A DNA stretch of 64,000 nucleotides from Octopus bimaculoides (Eukaryota). The notes beneath the pieces were generated by a model that made no database searches, was not told the origin of the DNA, and worked only from the letters and a program-made list of their open reading frames with translations. Position numbers and translations under genes: made by a program. Where the stretch lies: the NCBI RefSeq assembly GCF_001194135.2, contig NC_068994.1:29476731-29540730 (forward strand). The letters run 5' to 3'. Shown here piece after piece: positions 50,320 through 64,000 of the stretch (positions within the stretch are counted from its first letter, which is position 1; each line of letters starts with the position of its first letter).

Positions 50320-51470
50320 TCCCAATCATGAACTCCAGTCTCCTGAAATCAGCTTTCAGCATCTCTTCCTATGGTTTCACTTTCATACATTCCTCTCACT
50401 TGAATAATTCAAAACTTCTTTACACAACTGTCCTTCTCCATATGTGTTACATGTTTATACTAACTCAGCCTTCTCTTTTGTGCACTACACCTAATTCTTC
50501 TTACACTGTTTTCTCTCAACTAATTTGCGCTGCTCCATTATTACATATTAACATTACACATAAAGCAGAGCATGCTCCCCGAATTTCTTTCCAGTATTTA
50601 CATATCCTCAGCATTCAATGCCCATGTTTTGCAGCATTGCATTCGTGTACATACATCATACAATATGCCTTTCACTCTTTGTCGCCAGTAAAGGTAGTAG
50701 TATTCTAAACTTTCCCTACTATTCTTCCAGACACTCTCCTCAACTGTGCATAAGGTCATCTAAACAATATAAGCTACCAGCCATGGCTAGGGAGCCCTCA
50801 AACATTCCAAAACATGTATATTATGAGTGCTCTGTTAACTCCTTCTGCACATCTGCTACATTCAATGTCAGCTTACCTCTCATCTCACTGCAGTGTATGC
50901 GTAGTCTATGTTGGATACACTCTATGGAACTCCTACTTAGGTTGTCTTTATAGGCAAAGCAATGCCGGTTAACACAGTATACATAAATTAGCATTGCACC
51001 CCTCCTCTAAAACTCGTGGAGACCCCAAGCAAGAATCCATGCCCATAAGATGGCACAGCTCCCACTCTTTTCCTGTATATCAAGCATGGCCACTGTACAG
51101 ACTATACTTTAGTCCTGTTATGTTTCCATGCTACCCAATACTCTTATCTTTGCTTATATGTTTCGCATTTCTTCTCTAATTCTTTAATAGATTTAGCTAC
51201 GAGAACTAAGTCATTGGTATACAGAAGCCCCATCAGATAGCTGGTTTTAAACTCCTATTATTGCATGGAATAGACTGAAAACCAAGTTCCGATGGTCATC
51301 TACTTGCATTTTTCTATTCACTTTCATCTCACTGATATCAGCTCTGCATAGCTTCCCCCATCCATCAACACCACCTTTTATCAGTAGCCCTCAGACAACA
51401 GAATATGTTTATTTTATTCCAAATTAGTTATACCATAATTATTTCTGCTATTTTAGTTTGATCCATCAAT
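50320..51470 (-). mobile_element. Decayed RTE-like LINE fragment
   Basis: Minus strand resembles the RTE thumb/C-terminus (WRKFRILLPLLATK-like; ADYAADISEM) with many stops. Confidence 0.5.
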
Positions 51471-53340
51471 TTGATAACTCTGTAGCTGTTTATTCCTAGA
51501 GCACCGCCTTTGCCTTATTAACCATTAACGAACCTTTTTTCAAGTACCTGATTGACTGCATGTGTGACTCGTGGGCAGCATCACGAAGACGACCCCTGAT
51601 GGTCTGGTTGCTTTTCCTGACTCGATATCCTTAATGAAGTAGACCTGATGACTGATAATTCAATAGCTGGTCTTGTTGGGTCTCCGAAACAGTTTTCTCG
51701 TAGTAGCATTATTATATCCTTTTCTACTCTGCATCAGCAAAGGTGGGTACCCTGCTATTATTATGTATACATTTTTTCACAAATGATGTCCCAATTCCCA
51801 CTGACACCAGTACTCGTCAATTGAGAACACCTCGTTGTAGTATGTCCCAGCTAAGAAGAGTTAGGCGCTCTTAAAGCGTTGTGTATAAATGACGTTTGCT
51901 ATGGGATAATATATAGACTTGTTCCACAGCGATGGTATGTAGCTACCTCTACGTTTTAATTATGATAGGTAACCCTAGTACTAAGCTAGTATTTGCTATA
52001 CTGGGAGCTGGGTTTTTTTTTATTGTCAGACTACCTTTCCAACACGTCTTTATTTTATATTGATAGTGCCCCTATTTACATAGTTTTCATAGTTATGGCT
52101 CCTGCTAGTTCTTACTCTCGGATGATACAAAACACACCTTATACTGTTTTCATTCTTTTATTATTCATTACCTTCTCTTCACCATAACAGTAAATCCTTT
52201 CCCCCCCTTTTCATCTCCAAAGGATACTTCAACTATTACTATAATAACCCATATCCATATTTTTATCGTAATTAAAATGCTGGCAGCGCGAAGTATTTTT
52301 GAAACGAAGAAAAAGATAGAGGAAAATAGCAAAGAATTACAAACACAAAGAAAGAAAGAAAGAAAGAAAATGGTAAAAAATAAAAAAATAAAGCCAATAG
52401 TGGGGGGGGGGGNNNNNNNNNNNNNNNNNNNNNNNNNNNNNNNNNNNNNNNNNNNNNNNNNNNNNNNNNNNNNNNNNNNNNNNNNNNNNNNNNNNNNNNN
52501 NNNNNNNNNNNNNNNNNNNNNNNNNNNNNNNNNNNNNNNNNNNNNNNNNNNNNNNNNNNNNNNNNNNNNNNNNNNNNNNNNNNNNNNNNNNNNNNNNNNN
52601 NNNNNNNNNNNNNNNNNNNNNNNNNNNNNNNNNNNNNNNNNNNNNNNNNNNNNNNNNNNNNNNNNNNNNNNNNNNNNNNNNNNNNNNNNNNNNNNNNNNN
52701 NNNNNNNNNNNNNNNNNNNNNNNNNNNNNNNNNNNNNNNNNNNNNNNNNNNNNNNNNNNNNNNNNNNNNNNNNNNNNNNNNNNNNNNNNNNNNNNNNNNN
52801 NNNNNNNNNNNNNNNNNNNNNNNNNNNNNNNNNNNNNNNNNNNNNNNNNNNNNNNNNNNNNNNNNNNNNNNNNNNNNNNNNNNNNNNNNNNNNNNNNNNN
52901 NNNNNNNNNNNNNNNNNNNNNNNNNNNNNNNNNNNNNNNNNNNNNNNNNNNNNNNNNNNNNNNNNNNNNNNNNNNNNNNNNNNNNNNNNNNNNNNNNNNN
53001 NNNNNNNNNNNNNNNNNNNNNNNNNNNNNNNNNNNNNNNNNNNNNNNNNNNNNNNNNNNNNNNNNNNNNNNNNNNNNNNNNNNNNNNNNNNNNNNNNNNN
53101 NNNNNNNNNNNNNNNNNNNNNNNNNNNNNNNNNNNNNNNNNNNNNNNNNNNNNNNNNNNNNNNNNNNNNNNNNNNNNNNNNNNNNNNNNNNNNNNNNNNN
53201 NNNNNNNNNNNNNNNNNNNNNNNNNNNNNNNNNNNNNNNNNNNNNNNNNNNNNNNNNNNNNNNNNNNNNNNNNNNNNNNNNNNNNNNNNNNNNNNNNNNN
53301 NNNNNNNNNNNNNNNNNNNNNNNNNNNNNNNNNNNNNNNN

Positions 53341-53389
<49 letters not shown>

Positions 53390-54029
53390 ATGTGTAACGT
53401 AGCGGTTCGGCAAAAGAGACCAATAGAATAAGTCCTGGGGTCGATTTGCTTGACTAAAAAGGCGGTGCTCCAGCATGGCCACAGTCAAATGACTGAAACG
53501 AGTAAAAGAGTAAACTGCATGTGTGTGCTTACATGTAATATGTACTATAATACATATTTACAATACATACTAAAGACAGAAAATACATAAAATTACCTTA
53601 GTATGCATGAAATAAATCACGCTGAATGGTTGAAAATCGATATTAAAATCACTTTTTATGTGTCATATTGACCCCAGTATTTGTTTTTAAGTTTTGTATT
53701 TATTTTAGCATTCGCTAATGTCACACTGGAGAGAAGTGCCATACTTGTCGACCACCGACAGATTCTTAAAAGAACATACGAGCGTGTACAGAGAGAGAGA
53801 GAGGGGGGGATCTTCCTGCAGTTTTACCTACAAGGCATTGGTCTACCTGATGCTAAAAGACATACACTTACCTAAGATGACATGTGAGACCAAACCAAAA
53901 CCATATAATTGCAAAATGAACTTATTAAGTACACAGCCATGTGTGCTTCTTCACACACACACGTGCTTTATGCTTCTTATAGTTTTGTAGGCTCCTTACA
54001 GAAACCTAGCTCATTCACACTCATTTAAC

Positions 54030-54400
54030 TGAATGAAGAGGTACAGGAAGTCACAAAGCACTACATGGGCATGACAGCTACTGACTTCAATGGAAGGTAC
54101 ACACACACTTAGATACCTGCATCTAAGTGAGTGCATACACCGTGTGTAGAGAGAATTCCACTTCTTTGCCACATTTCCCCTGGTGACTCTGTGGTCTCTG
54201 GAACGAAACCTACAACAGTGAATGGACCATCATTGATAGGGCTTCAGCAGACTCATCCAGCACCCACAGTTGCCAACTCTGTCCCTACAAAAGACTGCTC
54301 ATTCTTCACTAACCTGCAATGTCTAACAACAGGATATACAAACTCATTTGTTGCCACCAAATGTATGCCCTCCAAGTGAATATCAAACCCTGGCCACCGA
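54030..54400 (+). mobile_element. Penelope-like GIY-YIG fossil (second family)
   Basis: HYMGMTATDFNGR; EWTIIDRAS...CQLC; LICCHQ, parallel to the PLE endonuclease C-terminus. Confidence 0.55.
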
Positions 54401-56834
54401 CACCCCAAATATACCAACTTAACATTGGTTGTACTTCTGCGCTGGCTGCTCCACTACCAAGGACAGGGTTCCTAACCACCGATGCCTATGCAGACCTACA
54501 CAGGCTGACCTCCCAACCTTGCGTATCCTGTGTGGCCCCCACCTTTTATTTTTCATCCTCCTTCACACACCAACAAATCTCAGTCCAATGCCAGTTGTCT
54601 CCCACCACCAGGAATGCTGTTGCAACTACACTACCATATATCTGTCATGCCCACATACATAAATACCAGAAGCACAAATATATATATATTTGTACATACA
54701 CATGCACACACCATGTAAAAACACATGCATATATGTTCTTCCAGACAAACATGGGCACATTCATATGTTCACATATAAATACAAGAATGTATATACTCAT
54801 GTTCACCAAGCATCCATACACACATATACAGCAGGCACTGACACACAAGAATTCACATACATACACATGCATAAACAACCAATAATGCACTCAGCTTATG
54901 TATACAGTTGACACATACTCCTTCAGATTTGTGCATGCTAGTACTCACACACAGCTGATAAACACCTGCATCCATATGTACATACACCCCACCAAACACA
55001 CACTTACACATCAATGAGCTAAAACTCTCAGACCTCACCCATATGCCAGTCCTCACCTGTATGCCAGCTTACACAGACGCACACCTCCCCCACCATTGTA
55101 CACATGCATAGCTGACATGCATATAGATATCAGACATCCACAGCGACGCATTCATACATCTTTTATATGCACACCCCACCTTGCCATCCATGTTTCTATC
55201 AGCCTGCAATTCACTTTAAGACCGGCCAGACTCCAAGACGCCACCAGCTTTCTGTTCAGCCATGGGATCCAAGAAATTTTACTTTCTAATGCATCTGGTG
55301 TTGCAGAAATGTGATCTGCCTTGACCAACAGTAGCCTAATTTCCAGGAGCCATCTTCGACTTCCTGTATCTCTTCATTCATTTAACTGAACCTGAATGAG
55401 CTTGCAAAAGGAGCTAACTCTGGTTCACCTATCATAGTAATCTGTATTGAAACTCCTTGGTTGCTTACCTGCTAGAAATAGCAACCCAAATGCTTTAAAA
55501 TCAAATCTAAATGCTGAATGTTCAAGAACCAAATGAAGGGCAGATTTTCAATCCCAGGATCAACCCAATTCCAAACAGGTATAATATGTCTATGTAGACT
55601 GAGATACAGGGATCCCAGATGGACAGACAGGATTTCACTTTTATTAATATAGATGACAGTAATTTGAGAGAGATTTGGCTACTATTTCTAACAGGTTGAG
55701 CAGCTATGTAGAAAATACCTCGTAGATTTGTTAGAGATGAAAATTAAATCAGTTTTCTCATTTACACAGGCTGTAATTAAAAATGATGAAATCATATTGA
55801 CATGGAGACATTGAAATAGAATTACCATCACAGGAGAAAATAAAAGATGAAAAAAGCAATCTCAAAGTTACATCATTTATTAAAAGAAGAGATGAAAATG
55901 AAGATAACAGTTGTGGGTATGGAACATCTGAAAAATATATAAGATATTTCCAAACATACAATTTAATTAAATTTAGCAGTCTGCATGAAAATGAGAAAAT
56001 GTATGTTAAATTACTTTATCTATTTAGTTTTGATAGTGTAATCAATGAACGATTGCATCATTCATCACATGTTCCCTGATGAGTTAATCACTGGTTCACT
56101 GCCATTATGGTAGTGAGAGAGAAAAGGGAGTGTGTGTAATTCAGTGCAGAATAAATATAGCAAGGGACTTTACTCAAAGTAGAGTGCTTTATTTTTCTTG
56201 CTGATATTCAGATCCATCACTGATAAACATCAGTTAAGGTCACACATACGCGGTTGTATATATTATAATTAATACTGCAATGCATGAGAGAGAGCAATGT
56301 TGCTTCTATGAATTTTTAACAGATAAATACTTAGATCTTAAGCTAATGCTCTCAAAATGTGGTTACTCAGCCTCCATTGATCAATTGACCTTCCAGCTGC
56401 ATGTAAAAAAAACTTTATTAGGATTAAGGTGGTGAGCTGGCAGAATTGTTAGCATTTTGTTCATCTTTCATTCTGAGTTCAAATACTGCCAAGGTCAACT
56501 TTGCTTTTCATCCTTTTAGGGTTGATAAAATAAGTACCTGTTATGTACTATGGTCAATGTAATCAACTTCTCCTCCCCTTGAAAAACTGCTGGCCATGTG
56601 CCAAAATTTGAAACCATTATTATTATTAGGATGATGTAGTAACGTAATCATTTGGATGTCCAACAAAATACATTGTGATGCTTGTTTCTGCTCTTTACAT
56701 TTTGAATTCAACTCCCATTAAGGTTAAACTACCTTTCATCCCACCAGGTCAATAAAGTGCCAGTTAAATACTTTATTTTCTCAATTTATTCACCTAATTC
56801 TTCCCCTACATTTGAAACATTATTATTATTAAGA

Positions 56835-57270
56835 AGTGGCTGTGTGGTAAGTAGCTTGCTTACCAACCACATGGTTCTGGGTTCAGTCTCACTGCGTGGC
56901 ACCTTGGGCAAGTGTCTTCTACTATAGCCTCGGGGTATGCTTTCATCCTCATCATCATCTCTCTCTCACTTTCTAGCTGTGAATGCCATGTATCTCCTCA
57001 TCAGCAAGATATCTACTCCTATCATACTTTCACCTCCTTCAATACTACTTACCACTCAACTGAGGGGTCTTGTCTTGCAAGTACATAGTGACATCACTAT
57101 GATAAAAGCATCTAATACACTCTGTAAAGTGATTGGTCCAGCAGTAGAAACGAAGGCAAATCAGACATTGGAACTTGGTGCAGCCCTCTGGCTTATCAGT
57201 TCTTGTTGAACTAACCCATGGCAGCACTGAAAAAGGCTTTTAAATGATGAAGATGACAATGATGATGATG
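56835..57270 (+). mobile_element. SINE family 1 head abutting an RTE 3' UTR tail
   Basis: 56835-56935 matches the SINE head; 56990-57270 aligns with 34680-34950 and ends in gatgatgatg. Confidence 0.55.
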
Positions 57271-58590
57271 TTTTCTCATTAAATTTCAGCTCTCCAGTTT
57301 CCCTTTTCATTCAATAAGATACTGAAGAAGTTCATTCAATTCCATCTATTATCCCTTCTTACACAAAAAAAAGAGGATTTTCACACAAATATGGTTGGAC
57401 AGGACACATTTAAAGTATTCAGTTTGGTGCATTCAAGTCCCTTTCACAATGGGTTTCATGTCTGTACAGTTGATGCAAAGGACCTATAATGGAAAGAGTT
57501 TACTTTAAAACACATTGCACTCATTAACACATTAAGAAGCAACAGCAACCAAGATAATAATAATTTCATTATCAAGAAAAATCATTATTATCATTAATAT
57601 GTGAGGAGATGACTGTTACTTCATTTATTAAATCACTTTCACTGGTCAAAGATGATAATCAGAGAATATATTCCAACAAAAATCATGGTCAAAGTTTTAA
57701 CTTTGGAAGAACAAAAAATAAAACCTTCCCATGATTGCAACCATGGCCACATGTTTAAGACATTTCCTTAGCAACTATTTGGTTTCATGTTCAGAACTTT
57801 GGGCAAGTACCTTCTACTTCAGCCCTAGACCAACTAATGCCTTGTAAGTGAATTTGGTAAACTAAAACTGTAGAAACCCATCATTTTATATGCATATGTG
57901 TGTGTGTGTGTGCTGTTATCTCTCACTACTTGACAACTGGTGTTCAATTGTGTCCATTATAACTTGGTAGTTCAGCAAAAAAAACCCCAACTGGATAAGT
58001 TCTTGGGTCAATTTTATTGACTAAATCTTTCAAGGTAGTACTCCAGCGTAGCCATAAACCAACGAATGAAATAAAAGAATAAAAGGATATATGTATATAT
58101 CTTTTTCCAAGTGATATCAACCTCCTAATATTGCATTTGTTAACTCAAAATGACGCTGTATATTGCCAATTCAGCTTTGTATTGAGGAGCAGAGGACTTA
58201 GATGCTGACATAGTTATTTGCTAAATTTTGATAACATAACAGAAGCCAGATGCCCATAGTCTCAGGTTCATTCTCACTGTATGACACTTCAAGCAAGTGT
58301 CATCCAATATAGCTCTAGGGTTCTGACTGAATTTGATAGACAGAACCTGCACAAAGCCTATCATGTGCATACAAATGTGAACACACACACATTATATATA
58401 TAGTAAATGAAAGACGGAAGATTGAAGATATGAGAATTTTTATTACAATTGTTTCAACACATCTGGCATCGATCCCAAATGAGTGGGATACTTAACTGGT
58501 TCAGGAGTATCCAATGGTGCAGATGTCTCTTCAGGTGATAAATAGATATAACTTGTTAAAATAACAGTTCCACAATGTATTTTCTCATTT

Positions 58591-58629
<39 letters not shown>

Positions 58630-60109
58630 GTATATAAATACACATATACACCACACACATGTATACACTTACATCAGACAGTGAAAATGAGTGGTGAATA
58701 CATGGGTGGATAGATATTCTTTATTTGTGGGTTAACAAGGCTACCATTGGTTTCATGCAGAGAATTCTCAGCAATTATCAAACTGGCCACATTGGGATGT
58801 TGGTACTCATCTGCATCTTGGACGAAATATATATGTGTGTATATATCATCATCATCATTGTTTAACGTCCATTTTCCATGTTACCATGGGTTGGATGATT
58901 TGACTGAGGACTGGCAAGCCAGAAGGCTGCACCAGGCTCCAATCTGATCTGGCAGAGTTTCTACAGCTGAATGCCCTTCCTAATGCCAACCAATCTGAGA
59001 GTGTAGTGGGTGCTTTAACGTGCCACCGGCACGAGGGCCAGTCACACGGTACTGGCAACGGCCACGCTCAAAAAGGTGTTTTTTACGTGCCACCTGCACG
59101 GGAGCCATACATATATATACATATATATATATGTTTAACAGCCAGATACCTTTCCTAATGCTAATGCTTACCTATTTTCCAAGCAAGGGCTCTCTTATTC
59201 CACCCAGCTTCAAAGGCACAAAGCAGATGATTTATTGATAGAAGTACCAACATCAGCATTTGAACATCATGATCTTTAAATAAGAATAAACAAATACACA
59301 TCACAGACATGCGTATGTACACAAACATCTATATGTGTGGTGTATGTTTACATACAAAAGGCCTCTTACTAGTTTCTGTCAAATTGACTTACAAGGCTTT
59401 GGTTGACCTGGAGAGCTAGTAGAAGTCACTTACCCAAGGTTTCTGTGCACTGGTACTAAACCTGAAATCATGTGATTGGGCAGTGTACTTCTTAATACAT
59501 ACATATATGTGTATAACTGAATGCTCACATTGGGCTTTACATGAAAATGCACTGAACTATGGACAATGATTTTGTTGACATTTTCCTTTCAACAAATTTT
59601 CTGCTAGCTCCACACATTGAAAGATAAGTGGAATGAAAAATTCTTTACTTGAGAAACAGTTAAGTGTTAGCAATACAGACTTGTCTGCCATGATAGCATG
59701 GAAATAAGGATTAAAGCAAATAAATGAATTCCACTTTAGAGAAAATGGAGCCAGAAAATTAAATAAAATAATTTTCTACTGTGATGGTATTTGTTTCTTC
59801 TGTTTAGAGATCAAATACCTTCAAATTTTTTTTCTCTTGAGATATTTTTTTATTGCTTAGCCAGGAAAGAAAAAAAAAGATAGTGACCGTTCTCTTCTTT
59901 ATTCCTTCTGAGACTAGAGGGTGGGGAAGGAAGAGAAGTTATCCATACATTAGAGAACTAGTAAGAATTCTTGCAAGAAAGTCGACTCCACCAAAGGCAC
60001 ACACGGATCAGCTGTTAAACTGGGTGACAGATTTAGTTTACCACAGTTTACATAGACAAGAACCTAAACAGACCAATAGATATGCAGTCTTCAAGTTTCA
60101 GGCATGGTA

Positions 60110-61225
60110 TTATTTAGTGACATAAATGTGTGGTGAGGGAATACTGAGAGGCGCTGCACTTGTATACATTTGTAGGGCAGGGAAAATTGCTGGAGTCATT
60201 TGAACAGTTGTTGGGAACACTGGCAATACAGATGCCACTTGACCAGAATTAGCCAGAATAATAGGCATTTTGGTGTTCTCTTCTGGTACAAGGATTTCAC
60301 TTATTTGGGCTGGCAAAGAGCTTTGATTGATTGTAAGATTTGTTGACTGGTTCTTAACTATTTCTTGTTGAGGTAGCTCACATTGGTTGTTGACTTGGTG
60401 AGCATTAGTGCTTTCTTGTTTACAATTTGATGTTGAAGAGTCCAGAAAGACATATGCTGTCTCTTTGTGCGTTTTATCAGATGGATCACTGTCATTGCTA
60501 CTATTCCTTTGGGATTGTTGATGGCACTGAGGCAGTGATGGTATTGCAGGGTTTAAATTTACTATTAACTGGTTGCTTATACTCATTTCAATGTTGTCCA
60601 ACTCAGTTAATTCTTTAGTTTGAGCAGTAAAATTAGGTGGAACACAACTGAGCTTTCTTTTACCCTTGCTCAACTGATTGTGCTTTACTAATCTGTCACG
60701 CCTACTGAATGCAAAACCACATATCTGGCATTTGAACGGACGTTCACCTGTATGTATCCTCCGATGTACTTTGAGATGGTCGCTACGAGACAGTGCTTTG
60801 CCACAGATATCACATTTGAATCTCTTCTCACTCAAATGTGATCCCATGTGCCGCATGAGGTGATGATTCCTAGAAAACGTGCAGCCACAAGTCTCACACC
60901 TATATGGTCGGACACCAGTGTGAATTGTTTTGTGTAGTTTCAAGTGATCTCTTCGTGACAGCATTTTGCCACAAATGTCACATGTGAATGAATGAGGATT
61001 GCTATGAGACAATCCAACAGATGATGATGATGATGATGATATTGATGATGATGATGATGTTATTGATGATGATGATGATGTTAATGATGATGATGATGAT
61101 GATGATGCAATGGCAGCCTGTGGAGTGACCAATATTCCATTGTGAAAGTCATTTTCAGACACTCTAACCGTATTTATGTTTGATTTGTCAATACATAACA
61201 TGTCTGCATGAAGTTCATCTTTCAT
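60110..61225 (-). CDS. C2H2 zinc-finger protein, 371 aa, 3 canonical plus 1 atypical finger, Ser-rich N-terminus and Q/N/P-rich C-terminus
   Basis: Uninterrupted ORF; fingers SRRDHL, SRNHHL, SRSDHL, SRRDRL; HTGVRPY and HTGERPF linkers. Confidence 0.87.
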   Translation of the reverse strand: MKDELHADMLCIDKSNINTVRVSENDFHNGILVTPQAAIASSSSSSSLTSSSSSITSSSSSISSSSSSSVGLSHSNPHSFTCDICGKMLSRRDHLKLHKTIHTGVRPYRCETCGCTFSRNHHLMRHMGSHLSEKRFKCDICGKALSRSDHLKVHRRIHTGERPFKCQICGFAFSRRDRLVKHNQLSKGKRKLSCVPPNFTAQTKELTELDNIEMSISNQLIVNLNPAIPSLPQCHQQSQRNSSNDSDPSDKTHKETAYVFLDSSTSNCKQESTNAHQVNNQCELPQQEIVKNQSTNLTINQSSLPAQISEILVPEENTKMPIILANSGQVASVLPVFPTTVQMTPAIFPALQMYTSAAPLSIPSPHIYVTK

Positions 61226-62179
61226 CGCTGAGTTATTGGAAGAAATGTCACCAGAAAGTGAAAGATAGATATGGTGAGAAGTCTTTTGAGAGTTGTCAGG
61301 TAAATTAGTATGATACTGGGTTCGATTTCAAATGTATTGTTGCTATTGATGGTTGTATTAGTGCTATCGTTGTGAATATGGATGTTGCAACAGAGTCAGG
61401 GTTTGTTACAGTACAACACATCTTGGTTCCTGATGTTTTTTCATTGAGGTAACTTTGTCTTTGAGATGGATGAACTTGTCAGCAAGGAGGATTATATATC
61501 TCATGCCTGCTTAAGACTGAAATGAAACAAAAACTCAATTAAATCAATTAAATACAAAAACATTGTCATGCAGCTATCTAGAAGTAATATTTCATTAAAG
61601 ATTATAAACACAGTTCACAAATATTGGCATAAATTTTTGTACATTTATCAGCCAGTAAGGAAGCCTCTTAATGGTCACTCAACATAATAGTAACAGTAAA
61701 CAAATTTCCTTCAAATTACACTGTCACCTTAAAAAGAAATTCCAGATGGTTTAGACTGGAACATTTGTGATTATAGGGCAGTTGCATCAAGGCTGACCAA
61801 GGATTAAAAAACATTAGCACCTACACAGGTAAAATATAATTTATATAAATATTGAAATCTCTTACACAAAACATTACACACAATGACATGTAGCATTATA
61901 ACTCATGTAGACAGCCACACTTACGTCATTCCCTACCACCACATATAGCTCATATGTTAACACCCACATCTGAAGTAACACTTCAAACTGCTCATAGTAA
62001 TGTGTCACCTCATATGCAATTTGCTGTAGCTAATCTCTCTGATGGAAATCACTGGGCACAGGCTGTATATCTAATCATTTTCTATCCCAGATTTCACAAA
62101 AGAGAATAAGTCACTTTGTATTACATTACCATCTGATATTCCTTACCTCTCATATCATTAAATTATTTGAGATGACCTT

Positions 62180-62500
62180 TTTCCTTAAGTCCTTTGCTCC
62201 TTATAGGCCATCAACAACTTTTCTCCACTTTTCTTGACTTTGGGATGTTTTTGCTGCTTCTCTCCAGTTTGATTTTTCCTTTTCCTTTTTGGACTTTGCT
62301 AGATCACACTATGCTGAGAAGGTCTTCTCTCATATTTTGCTGATTCTGAATTGTCATCAATGCTTCTGTATTTTTTATTTTTTTCTAGGTAGGGATGTTG
62401 ATTCTATGCAAACCCATTTTTACTTCTGGGAAGAGATGGTCCATATTAATCTGGCCTCTATTCTTTAACCTGTACAGCGTTGGAGGCCATACCAAGAGCT
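62180..62500 (-). mobile_element. Old RTE/BovB-like LINE C-terminal fragment
   Basis: Minus-strand remnants like EKTFSA*CDL and NWREAAKTSQSQEKWRKVVDGL. Confidence 0.4.
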
Positions 62501-62589
62501 TGTGCTCTGCTAGACATAGCTCTCAGGGCCACTGATACACTCAAGCCATCACACAGCAACAAGGACTGGACTTTATCGGAGATTTGAGG

Positions 62590-63260
62590 TGGTAGTAAGA
62601 TAAACAATAACTGAGTTTCTAGAGGTCAACAAACTTCTAAATCCCAACCAGCATTGTTTTCACAACGGCAGAGACTTTCTTACAATATCTGCAGCACTTT
62701 GATAACATTTTAAATGCTTAGGAAGAGGGTTCCAAATCATTGCTTCAACAGATAAAGGTGACCACAACATTCTATGCAAAAGCTATCTAATATTGGAGTT
62801 AAGAGGAAGCTACTGCAGTGGATTAACCAAACATGCTGTGATCAACTGAATCATTAGTGGTATCCCCTAAGGCCAATGGTTCTCAAAATGCCAAATACCA
62901 GTCTTTCCACTAAATATTAGTGAAAAATTTTGCCACTACCACTTTATTAATGAGAAGATCAAATAGTTTGCATCCTGATAATTCTTCTTTCTTTATAATA
63001 GTGTTGGACAAGTTTAAAACAATCTCAATTTTAATTTTTTTACTCCCTTTTCAGTTAGGCCCACATGTCATCATTACATACATGAGACCATAAATTCATC
63101 AAACACAGTAAAATAAAATTTTTTACAGAAGTCTAGGCCCCAGAAAATCATCAATGGATTTAATGATTCAACAGAAGTCCTGACTTAGATGATATTATTT
63201 AATGGATGGAGGGAGTGGAATCTCCAGCATGTTACTATAGGAAGAAAAATTTGAGTTCAT
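62590..63260 (+). mobile_element. CR1/L2-clade RT fossil
   Basis: ITEFLEVNKLLNPNQHCF; DHNILCKKLSNIGVK; IKHSKIKFF remnants in RT order. Confidence 0.55.
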
Positions 63261-64000
63261 CTCCTTTAGAAAAGTGAATTTACTTAAACAACATTATCTT
63301 CTCTTGAGAGAGCCTCATGTGGTAACAAATAATGTCAGTCTTAGGTGTACTGCCAACAATAACAACGAAGTCAATAGGATTTGCTGATGTGCTCTTGGAT
63401 CTTTAGTAGGGTGATAAGAGGAGGGTTGTGCAAGGAGGTAGTCTAAGACTTTCCAACATTATAAAGGTTGAATAAGGACAGAATTTTCCACTTTAAGGAT
63501 CCTGATGCTATACTTTTTCTCATTATATTTATTTCCTTGATATCACCTTGAATACCGTTACCAACTGTGAGCAAAATATGATAATTGAAGCACCCGAGAG
63601 ACCAATTATCAAAAAATATGTATATATTAAGGCATTTATGTGAATATATATTTAAATATAAAGTATATTCAATTAATTGTATGTGGTTTTAAAATACATA
63701 AAAATAATAAACATTGAATAAATATGTAGAATCTGATATATAACATATTTTATTCAGACTGATTTCGATGTTTTGCCAATCGTGGTTCATCCAAATAATT
63801 TGAACAAGCTGCAGTTGGCGATACTTAGAAGTTACAGTCGATAAAATCATAATGCACACATACTTGTGCGTGTATGTATATGTATTTATGTATGTACACA
63901 CACACATGCGTATATGAGTGCGTAAATCAGTTCACAACCGCGGCTCTCAGGGCCGCATACGACCCTAGAAATTGTATAAAAAATTAAAATATTTTGTGTT

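Noticed and set aside
51630-51700. CTGATGA...GAAAC as a hammerhead ribozyme
   Set aside because: Stem II closing bases cannot pair and no stem I or cleavage triplet fits; a possible PLE remnant nearby (~51850-51940) is too weak to call.
61226-61510. N-terminal extension of the 371-aa ZNF through a single frameshift
   Set aside because: All three upstream frames contain stops, so one indel correction does not restore a continuous ORF.

Overview
AT-rich, repeat-dense animal DNA with five N gaps. It is most consistent with an octopus (coleoid cephalopod) genome; this is inferred from the clustered intronless HCEICGKSF...HTGEKPY zinc-finger genes and the SINE/RTE repeat types. The window is part of a C2H2 zinc-finger gene cluster, all on the minus strand. 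It holds two intact paralogous finger-array genes (3320-4516, 12 fingers; 22532-23863, 14 fingers) in a ~4.5-kb duplicated block, a disabled third paralog (15565-16487), and two unrelated low-complexity-rich C2H2 genes (39840-41297; 60110-61225). The rest is mostly transposon-derived: RTE LINEs, two tRNA-headed SINE families, Tc1/mariner fossils, a Gypsy fossil, Penelope-like GIY-YIG fossils, a CR1-like RT fossil and several MITEs. Best leads are an unannotated 324-nt symmetric exon-like frame with one TGA upstream of the 14-finger gene, a C4HC3 PHD-like finger inside RTE ORF2, a TTAA-MITE that supplies a ZNF stop codon, two Merlin-like GG-terminal MITEs, and degenerate hammerhead-like motifs. 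No prokaryote-type system (CRISPR etc.) is present. Repeat boundaries were read by eye and are approximate unless a TSD or splice site is quoted.
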